Below are positions 48,401 through 58,111 of a stretch of 58,111 nucleotides of DNA, in pieces (positions within the stretch are counted from its first letter, which is position 1; each line of letters starts with the position of its first letter). Origin of the DNA: Klebsormidium nitens (lineage: Eukaryota; Plantae; Klebsormidiophyceae); assembly GCA_000708835.1 (NCBI GenBank), contig DF237509.1:1-58111 (forward strand). The letters are read 5' to 3'. The position numbers and the translations under genes are program-made. A model generated the notes under the pieces. The model had not been told where the DNA came from. It made no database searches and saw only the letters and a program-made list of their open reading frames with translations.

Positions 48401-51400
48401 CAGCCAAATGCATATTCGCTTGTTTTGTATTGCAAACAGGCTTGGTCGATGTGAACTCATTTTCAGCATATTGTCAGTCAACAGGTCGCACTTGTGGGCC
48501 GCATACACAGCTCGCAGTGTTGTAAGCGAAGTTTTTCTCAGCGAGTTCGTTATGTCTTTCGTCGTCCGTTTGAGCCTTCTCCATGGTCGCAAATCAATGG
48601 TTGAGACGGTCACGAAAGGTCGGGAGCACGGTGTAGTCGACATACTGTTTGAGGACTGAGAAGCGCTGGCACTGAGCCACATGGTCCCTGCTAGTTGCCT
48701 CCCTTGCCACGAAGTGGCAAACACTGAAACCATTCGTTCACGGTGTCCATTCGTACCCTTCGTGATTCAGAAGGCTCCAGTTTCGTCCTGCATATGGGCC
48801 GTCGAACGCATTCAGACGCGCCCTTTCCCTCCAAGGTGCACTGCTGGCCGCCCCCGGGGGTTTGACGGGTTGCTGGTGTAATGTGTGTGCAGGAAGTGTT
48901 CCAAGTGGTGCAGGGCCGCCGAATGCGCGTGCGCTTCAAGGCGAAGACCCGCCCGCTGGAGGAGGACGTCCCGGGCACCCCGGCCGGCAGCTTCGTGCTC
49001 ACAGTGCACGTGCTGCAGGACAGCGTCTTCACCAAGTATCAGTCCGAAATGAGGTGGGCGCGCCGCTGAGGGAAGGGGCAGTGGGAGAAACCAAGATGCT
49101 GTCATATGTTCTCTTCAGTGCCATACCTAGAGGTTTAAAGTTCGAGACGTCGGCTTTAGCAGGAAGGCGTCGTTGCTTCGTGAGAAACTTCGGCAGCACG
49201 AACCGGACCTCGCATGATCCGTGCCCACAGCTCTCAATGGGATTCTCGTGCGTTACCTCTTCAGCTGTGCAACAGCACATGAGCTTTTCGACGGAAGGGC
49301 TGGCTCCTTGAGCCGTCATGCTCGGCGGCGTCCTTCCGCCTTTGCCCTGCCCCCTGTCGCGCCGCCCTGACGCGCTTGCTGTGCTGTGCAGGAAGCACGC
49401 GGACCTGTGGCCGCTGTACCGGGGCTTCTTTGTGGACATCACGCTCTGGGAGCCGCAACATACACCGCCCACTTTCAGCACGGCCAGCGGACCGCCAACC
49501 GACGAGGTGTGGGGCAAGCCCCGCCCAGGCCTGAGCGGTCTGTTTGATGCTTCCAAGCAGTCGCTTCAGAGATCACTAGCAGATGTCTTCTAAGATCCTT
49601 GAGTAGGCCTTATTAACGTCTGAGACGATTTCGATTGGGGCCATCGACGTAAATATTGTTTTCCAGCCGTCCACTTTCTATCATCACCGTGTAATACTCT
49701 TGCTCGCGCTGACGGCCGTCGATTGTTGCCACCGTTGACTGGCCGTGTCGTTATGGCGCAGGCCGGCACGTCCGGCGCTGGCGGCGCGGGGGTGGCGGAG
49801 GACGCAGTGGAGCCACTGATGCTGAAGATGAAGTTTTTACCGTACAAGCTGCGCACGTTCATGATCCGCAACGGCATCTCGAACCTCTTCAACAAGGGCA
49901 AGGCCGACTACAAGGCCTACATCCAAAGGTGAGCCCGCAGAAAATCTGGGAGAGCTTCAGAAGGAGCGAGCGCACCCGGAAAACCTGGACGGGTTACGAA
50001 TCATTGTGGACAGAGGGTAGCGCACGATGTGCAGCTTCATTCGCCTTTCGATGAGGCACCTGGATTTCGTAAACAAGCAAACATATGTGGAACGTGTCAA
50101 AAGGAGATGGGGCATTATCAATTCTTCGCTTGTTGCAGTTATCCGTGTGAGCAGAACGATCGCTGGGTAAGCGATTTGGAGCCGGGCAATGTGTGGCTAT
50201 GCTGGATTCTTCGAATCTTGATCCGCCTCACGTGCGCGTCCAGCGCAGCCGCCGGCAGCCCACTTTGGCAGCTGTATTCAGTCACATCTACTTCATTAGT
50301 TCGTCCATGACCTGCCCATTGGCTCGGCAAACTCTACGCCCGCTTCGTCAATACCTTTTGCAGGCAGATCCGCAATTGGGGCCACACCCCCGAGAAGGCC
50401 CGAGAGATTCAGGCGTTTGCGGCGGCGTGGGCGGACTACATTTTGAAGAAGCGCGGCGCGGCAAACAAGCTGCCCGACTCATCGTACCTCACCGAGGCGG
50501 AGCCCTTCCTGGCGGCGTACATGCAGAGAGGGGAGGCTGAGCGCAGGCTGGTCGGCGCCGCTGACGTCAGCACCGTGGGGGTGACGTACGGGCACGTGCC
50601 CAGCGCGCTGGCGGAAGAACTGGAGGACCACAAGGACGAAGTGGTGCGCGCGGGGACGGCCGTGGAGGCGGGTGAGGGCGAACGGTTTCCATTAAAATGA
50701 TCGACGTGCAAGCGGATTTGCACCGAGTCCCGACTCAAACCGTGTGTGGATCGTTCTTAGCCGCAGGTACTTGTGATACCTGCTTTCTTAAAGGGATTGT
50801 AGGGCGACTTTCTTGGCGACTTAATGCATCATGCATTGGTTTGCTACTCGATTCTGTCCTTGATCATGTCGCTGATCTGACTGGCCGCTCACACGTTTGC
50901 TGTGCTTGCAGGCGACGACGAGGCGTCGACGTCAGGGTCCGTAGCCGTCCCCCCCCGCGAGGTGATCATCTTCTTCCCCGGCATGCCCGGCTGTGCCAAG
51001 AGCGCGCTCTGCAAGCACCTCCTCGGGACGGACCTCGAACGGCCCAAGGTAAGCAACCAATTGCGCTTCCCGGGTCACGCTACCACTGGCTTAAACCGCG
51101 GCGACTCACCGTTTCGTAATTTTGTTCGTTATTTGTTCGTTTGGCAAGAGTTTCCTGCAGCAGTATACTGTACGCCGCACGAATCGAAGACGTCTTGCTA
51201 CGCTCGTTTGGAAGAAGCCCTATGGATTGTAATAATGATTGAAGTTGCACATTGACTTTCTTTCGCCCGCCTTGCATATATGAGGGGCAGCCCGGATCCA
51301 TGCAGAGCGCACCTGCCGTTCCCCATGCGTGCTCGATCGTAATCCCGCCCGCCCTCTCTGGCTGCAGCTGAGCGTGCCTGCGCGTGCCTGGAGCAGCGGC

Positions 51401-53426
51401 AAGCGCGTGGCCAGCATGATGGGCGACCTGACGCAGGGCAAGTACTGGAAGCTGTTCGCCACGGAGAAGAACAAGGCGCCGGGCGTGGTGGCGGTGGCGG
51501 ACAAGAACGCGCCCAACCGCGAGGTGTGGGACGCCGTGGAGGACCTGTGCACGCAGAGCGGCGCGCTCGCGGTGCCCGTCGTGCCCGACTCGGACGGTAC
51601 GGACACCAACCCGTACGCGCTGGACACGCTCGCCGTGTTCGCGCAGCGCGTGCTCGCGCGGGAGGGCCACCCAGGGAAGCTCGACAAGAACTCGCCCAAC
51701 GCGGGGTGAGCCTAGGACCGAGAGGATGTTGGGCACGGGCATGCAATCAACATGTACGTCATGTGCTGTGTGCATGGCGAAAGGCCCAGGTCCCTGCGCA
51801 AAGGAGGCCACTCGAAATGTTCAAAGCCAAGGTTTCCCTGCCGTTTGCTTCGCTTCCTCCGGCGGGAGGCCTTTTGCCCTAGAGCTTCTCACAGAGTGCA
51901 TATTCATGGGGATGCTTGCTGCAGCCTTCAGTGAATGATGTGTTATGAAGGAACTGCCGAATCGCAACTCTTTCTGGGCCGTATTCCGCCCAGGTACGTG
52001 ATGCTGCTGTTCTACAACTTGTACGAGGGCAACAGCCGCGCCGAGTTCGAATCGGAGCTGCTCTCGCGCTTCGGCACGCTGGTCCGCATGCCCGTACTGC
52101 GCCCGGGGCGGCCCCCCCTGCCGCCCGCGCTGGAGGCGGTGCTAGAGGAGGGCCTCGAGCACTATGCGGCGCACGCGGCCAAGTTCGGCAAGTGGAAGAG
52201 CAGCACCGACGTCAAGGGCGAGCCGCGCGCCAAGTGGGATGCCTGGGAGGCCAAGCTGCGCGCCGCGCTCGAGGAACACGCCGACTACCTGCAACAGATC
52301 CAGGTCAGCGGCGCGGGAAGGCTCTCTCAGCCCGCACGTTGAGCCATCTTAGACGGTCACTTCCGGCGCATGATCGCAAAGTGCTGTTGTGCGAATGATA
52401 AGGTTGCCAACAGAGTGTGCCTTGTGGCTCATCTTCCGTTCTTTGCGCCTGCAGGTTCCGTTTGCGGAGGCAGTGTCGGCAGTGGAGTCGCAGCTGACGT
52501 CCGTCCTCGCCGGCCACTACACCCCCCCGGAGCCCACCGGGCGGTCCGAGCGGGTGACTGCCAGCAACAAGACGCGGGCCGTCACATTTGCAGCGGTCAA
52601 GGTGCCGCGGGAACAAATCGTTGAGGCGACCGAAAAGGTGGGCACCAGCAGTTCTAGGGATTTACCCAGGGATCGAATGAAAGATGGAAATGGTGTTCAG
52701 CTTGGGGGGGGCAGCGCTCTCAAGATTTGCAACGCTCTGAAAAGATTTGCGTGCCTTTCCTTTGTGCAGAGTTATAGATCGGGGCTACGTGTGTGATCCT
52801 CACCTCTGACTGCCTCCCTACTTGTTTTTGCGACGCGCAGCTGGCCCAGGAGCAGCCTGCGGTGGCGTCCTTCTTAGCGGGCAAGACCCTGGAGAACCGC
52901 CCCGCTCACGTGACCCTGGCGCACAAGGCGACTCACGGCAGCGCCGCAGTGGCGGGCTTCGGGCGGCTAGTCGGGACGAAGGTGGACGTGCGGCTCACGG
53001 CGTTCTACTTCAGCGACAAGCTGGCGGCTTGGGAGGCGGACTGGGAGCAGGAGCTCAAGGAGCGAGGGGTAGCCAGCCAAAATGCGTTCTGGCACATCAC
53101 GGTGAGGCACCGGCCATGACTCAGCAAGCCTGTGTTCACTTGACACTCTCGCGAAGGCGTTCGGCTGCTGTCTGTGGGGACAAGGCAGACCGTAGCTGGG
53201 TGCGTTCCCTTTGAGGCACCTGACGCAGAATTGAGGGTGGCGCCTTGCTTGACTCGACCGGGAACGGGATCTGATCAGTGCACTTGTACCAATGCAGACC
53301 TTCACGGGACACGGGATGAAGGCCAAGGACGCGAATCAGTTGCACTGTCTTGCATCGGAAGGACAAGCGACAAAAGTGGAGTTGGGCACGCCCATATCCG
53401 TCGAGGGGACGGTCTGTTTAATGTGA
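45454..53426 (+). CDS. RNL: Plant-type trifunctional tRNA ligase (ligase, kinase, cyclic phosphodiesterase) with an upstream putative transit-peptide exon
   Basis: AFYPKFENE; motif I QKHSGSLF; SMELVTAVLGDHG-like AMELVTAVLGDHGQRP; VQGEILEGLV; P-loop GMPGCAKS; CPD motifs HVTLAH and HIT. Last exon 53298-53426 (TFTGHGMKAKDANQL...). Second ATG at 45883; upstream exon 45454-45693 is inferred. Confidence 0.95.
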
Positions 53427-54501
53427 ACCACAACCGAACCGTTAAAGAGTTGGGCACTAAGTAAGAGAAGGCTTTCCAACCTCACAAGGTGGAGCTTCAT
53501 ACAGTTTATGTCCCTGTTTTCGTTATTTCAGGACTTTCAAGAGTCGTGTTCTTCTTCGTACGATGTCTTGCTGGGTAGAGGCGACTTGACCGTCTTGTAT
53601 ACCTCAAGGCGCTGCTCGATGGTGGGCAGGGACCCTTCTTGCTCATGCACGAGCTGTGCAACCGTACGACATGGATTACCCAGCTTTCCATGCTCTTTAT
53701 ATACAAAGCATGTGAGATGGTCTTGAGGTGTAAATATCCGAATGAACAGCATGTTCCACACATGTTTACTGCAATAACACGGGTCCAAGAATCATTAGTG
53801 TTTGGCCTGCCGATTCCAGGAAACCGTTGAGTTCATTGAGACCTGTTGGATTCTTTTGATAAATCCGCATGGCGTTTCATGTAAAGAATTGCCGCACTAG
53901 CATCGTATGTCCATTTACTCGCACGCTCTGGCCCTCACCCGGCATGACCTGAGCAAACAATGCGAAGCCTCAGGCTGCACTCCACCATGTGGCGTCCCGG
54001 GTAAAACTGAGGCTGACTCGTGATTAACGATCCTCAGAAATGACGCGCACGTCTGGCCCTAGAATGGGAGCGGCCTAGGCCTTACTGGGTACCGTACGGC
54101 CAACAGAACATTTTTGGTCATTCGAGCCATTGGGAGTTTAGCACTTAGAGGGACTCAAGGTGTGTCTGCCGATCTCACTCTTTCGATCATGTCCCAATCG
54201 ATTCTCTGAGAGGTTCAATTGTTCTAATGCTGCGGGTTTGGACTAAAGTTGGGCCGGACCTGCAAGGGGTGCATGAATACTCTCTTGGTACTTTCTTTCC
54301 GACGATCTGCTGATGAGTTCTCAAGACAGTGGCAATCTGCCTCGACGCGAAAGCGCCGCAGGCTCCGGCTCGACGTTGAGCCTGACGGGTAACGGATTCG
54401 GAATGGAATGTCTTGTTTCTCTTCATGTCAAACTGAATGCACATGTCGAGTATGTCGGTGATGGTCTCTTTTCAAATACCATACGCCATAGCCAGATAGG
54501 C

Positions 54502-54546
54502 CATTTGTGTGCCATGTTCTTATGGCACAAGGATGGCACACAAATG
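54502..54546. repeat. Hairpin: 14-bp perfect inverted repeat with a 17-nt loop
   Basis: CATTTGTGTGCCAT (54502-54515) and ATGGCACACAAATG (54533-54546). Confidence 0.85.
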
Positions 54547-55139
54547 ATGTTGATTGAGTTCGTGAATCTATGCCAGCCAGCTAGTATATTATACATTATA
54601 AGCACTACCCTGGCCTTGGAGCCGGACCCGAGCCGGACCTGGAGCCCACCTGGAGCCCAGTGGTGATGCGCATGGCCGGCCTGCTCAGGATGCCCGCGGT
54701 CGGCCCGGCGGCCGCCACTCTGTTCCGCACGCGCGCTGACGCCCGCTTGAAGAAACACAGATCGAATACGGTAGGTCCGCGTACTGAGTCTTGCTTGAAG
54801 GTGCGAGGGGGTTTTCGAGGGGGTTGCTGCAAGTGGATCAAGCTCAACAATGCACGGTCACGATCTGTTCCTGCCTCCACCTGGGATTCTTTCGTGGAAG
54901 GACCCTTGCGATTGGCTCCCTGACTCCACCCATATCCAAAAACTGGGCCTAATGGGGGGTTCGCTTGAAATATTGTTTTTGCCCCCCTCACCAAGATTTC
55001 CCCTTGCTTGGCGAGGAAGACGACGTTCCGTTCTCTTTGCTGCATTGCGCGTTGGAAGCACGGATTGAGCTTGCATTGCTGCAAAACAAGGAATTGTATC
55101 ACCTGCAAGAGCGATTTCAGGGAAGATTCTACAGGCGCC

Positions 55140-57534
55140 ATGGCTCAATCTGCTGCTGTCGCTTCTCGGGCTACCGTGCAGTTGTCCGTGGCTGCGGCCC
55201 GGTCCGGCGCAGCGAGCAGCAGCTTCAAGGGAACCGCTCTCCCAGCGATCCCGCAGCTTGGATCATGCGCAAGGAAGAGCGTAGTGGTTAGGGCCACGGC
55301 GGACAAGCCTGCCAAGGTGGGAACTCAGTGCAAGGGCTCTAAATCAAGCCTTTATCGGTCTGCAATAGCGCGTCTGTGCACATTGATACTGGGCATTGGG
55401 GTCTGGTTCAGCAGCATTGCCGGTCTACAATGGGGCATGCTGGTGCTCAGCAAACAGACAATGAGCGTGGAAGGCAGCAGAATCAGGCGATGGGGCCAAC
55501 TCATGGGGCAGCGGCCAGGCAGGATGAACCTAAGCAAATACTCTTGTCAAAGCAAAGAGCAATGGTATGAAAAGGCATGATGCAAAGATGTCCTCTGGTC
55601 CACGCCGACAGGACAGTTTCTCACTTTGCCTGTCTGTGTGGCAGGTTGAGAGGGACACCAAGGGCCTCTTCTTCCCCTCCAAGCAGTCTCTGGCTTACCT
55701 TGACGGGACTCTTCCCGGTGACAAAGGTACGCTGTAAGCTTTGCCAGCTGCCATTGCTTCTTGTCCCAACTCCTAATGTCAATGTGCCTGCCTTGAATAA
55801 GCTCAATTCATGGTATCTGCTCTGATGCTAATGAGAACTCTCTGTTGCTTCAGGATTTGACCCTCTGGGCCTCCTTGACCCTGAGGGCGACGGCGGTTTC
55901 CTCAACTCTGAATGGCTTCCCTATGCCGGTGAGAAGCAGGGCCACTCTCATCAGATCGATCTGCATTCTTACATATGTTCAACATGGTATCCCACACCGC
56001 CTTTGATCGGCTTGGTGTAGACATTTGCCCCTCACAGTTGACGCCGAAAGCTCTTTATGTGGAGAAGATGCTCGAGGAAGACAGAGACAATGTTGCTGTG
56101 GTTGGAAAGAACCGGCATCTGAGCCCTAGAATAGTTTGTCTTCTGCTGAGAATGAAGACCTTTTAGGGACTAGTGCAGCCTTCATGGCAGTACGCCAGTT
56201 GTACAGGAACTGATCTCCTTGGCTTTTTGTGTTGCAGAGATCATCAACGGCAGGTAAGGGATCCAGTAAAGTGCGGGATGATGGATGCTTCCATCAGCAA
56301 TGGTGCGAGGATACTGTGGTGTGCAGATTTAATAAAACTTTTTGTGGAAGGGTTTATTTGTTCTATAACGGGCATCCAAGTTTTATGTGCCGGATGCCAA
56401 GAGTGCCTTTTTGCAGCACCTGTCAAGGAGTTGCTGAGCAGCGGTGTTCGCCCTTATCTGACAAGTGATGATACAGGTTTGCCATGCTCGGCGCCGCTGG
56501 CATGATCGCACCGGAGGTTTTGGGCAAGATGGGCCTAATCCCGGCCAAGACTGCTCTCCCGTGGTTCAAGTCGGTAAGTCTGTTCTTCGAGACAGTGAAA
56601 ACTGTGAAGTACACATATATTCAATGACATAGTACTTAGGAGGTGGAGCTGAATTTCTGCACAAATTAAGTCCTTGAGGTCGCGAGGCTTGGCTGCTGGA
56701 CCCTGACATGGTCCAATGTCTGTTTGTATCCAGGGTGTCTTCCCCCCTGCTGGTGACTACAGCTACTGGGCAGACTCGTACACCCTGTTCGGTCTTGAGT
56801 TGGTCCTTATGGCCTTCGCTGAGCACAAGAGGTGAGATACGAGGAAAACATGGTGCTTTTTGCGTCTTTGCAATGCGATATGTAGATGACCTGGAGTATC
56901 CGACACTCTCCAGGCTCTATTTCTCAATCACCCTCCACCTCCTGTTTGCTGTAATGTACCAGGTCTGGGCATTCTTAGCTCCCATTGACTCGTTTCGCGG
57001 TCCCTCCCAGGCTGGCTGACTACAGGAAGCCCGGCAGCCAGGGCAAGGTCTTCTTCCTGGGTATGGAGAAGTTTCTTGGCGGCTCCGGCGAGCCTGCCTA
57101 CCCCGGAGGCCCTTTCTTCAACTTTGCTGGGTTTGGAAAGGATGAGAAGTCAAAGAAGGATCTGAGGGACAAGGAGCTGGAGAACGGCAGGCTGGCGTAA
57201 GTCAACTGATAGTTTTGGCAGTTCGCTTATCTCACATGCTTTGTGCTCGCTCATGTTAGCAATCGTTCGCTTTTGTGGTGGACCTGCGCACCGACTGCGC
57301 ACAGTGACCTGCGCACTGACTGCAGATTGTCACGGACAAATCTCTGGTGGGAAGAGTTTGGGAGGTTTCAACTGAAGCAATTGAACTTGCATCTGCAGGA
57401 TGCTCGCTGTGCTTGGGTACTTCGTTCAGGGCATCTCCACCGGAAAGGGGCCTTTCGAAAACCTGCTAGATCACTTGAGCTCACCAACCGCAAACAACAT
57501 CCTCACCACGTGGGGAACTCCCCCCGGTCTATAG
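55140..57534 (+). CDS. LHCA3: Photosystem I light-harvesting chlorophyll a/b protein, Lhca3 type
   Basis: Transit peptide exon 55140-55316, then 55645-55726, 55855-55928 ([11 protein letters not shown]), 56238-56253 (EIINGR), 56478-56573 ([11 protein letters not shown]), 56734-56830 (YWADSYTLF...FAEHKR), 57011-57197 ([14 protein letters not shown]...AYPGGPFFN...KELENGRLA) and 57399-57534. Confidence 0.94.
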
Positions 57535-58111
57535 ATAGTGAGAGCCGTGCAAGCGTATGAACAACTGTGTTGAAAGCTGCAGCCCATTGTAAAGTCATTC
57601 GGCTGCTTGCCCATCCAACTGTACAATTTGACTGACTTAAACGGCACCGGTCCGCCGTGCGCATACAAGATGTCTCTTTGGACGCTCGGCAGTTTGTGTT
57701 TGAGCTAGAGGTTTCCATTTCTCGGAGTTGCATGTTGGGCAACAATAATTGAAGGCATAGCTGAGCCGTTAGTTTCAACACCTGCCAGCTCGTCGCGCGT
57801 GAATCAAAGCTGCTGCTGATACGTGCACAGTGTTCGGTCAGTCAAATACGAACAGGGCTTGAATGCATGTGACCCGGGCCTAGGCTTGCAAAGGGCAGTT
57901 CCACGGATTACCAAGTCTTCAGGCTCATTCGGAGTCCCAGATTATATGTTATGCTCATCTGAGTTTCAATTGGATGTTAAACTTGTTTGGTCTGGCCTCG
58001 ATGCTAAGGAAATAGAGCCCCTCTTGTTCGTACATTCGCAAGTAAAACCATGATGTCCTCTTCTCACAAGCCCGTACCCATCAAAGGCATGGGGCTGCCC
58101 TGTCGTAGGGA

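Noticed and set aside
57279-57326. Short imperfect tandem duplication GACCTGCGCAC(C/T)GACTGC in an LHCA3 intron
   Set aside because: An ordinary local slippage duplication with no sign of function.

Overview
Intron-rich eukaryotic nuclear DNA with GC-rich exons, most likely from a streptophyte (charophyte-grade) green alga. This is inferred from a MIKC-type MADS gene with a single 42-nt K exon, a plant-type tRNA ligase, CYCB1 and Lhca3; the species cannot be determined. Eight multi-exon protein genes were reconstructed by hand from GT/GC-AG junctions and reading phase: cyclin B1 (-), U1-70K (+), MIKC MADS-box factor (+), presequence protease PreP (-), an LRR protein (+), a four-CNBD protein (+, with an apparent 1-nt frameshift), SWC4/DMAP1 (-), tRNA ligase RNL (+), plus a ninth, Lhca3 (+). 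Three pairs are head-to-head: CYCB1/U1-70K, PreP/LRR and SWC4/RNL. Intergenic DNA holds two MITE-like elements, a decayed LINE 3' end and a perfect 86-bp palindrome. The best leads are: (1) a vertebrate-like cassette of one 3' splice site plus three 5' splice sites in the U1-70K RRM intron; (2) paired Tyr->Lys and Lys->Glu changes at the phosphatidylglycerol site of Lhca3; (3) the ancestral-type K-domain exon set with a MEF2-type CArG box upstream; (4) a hidden transit-peptide exon on RNL; (5) the long palindrome; (6) CpG depletion polarised to gene 5' ends. No rRNA, tRNA or CRISPR array was seen. All exon models are unverified by RNA data.
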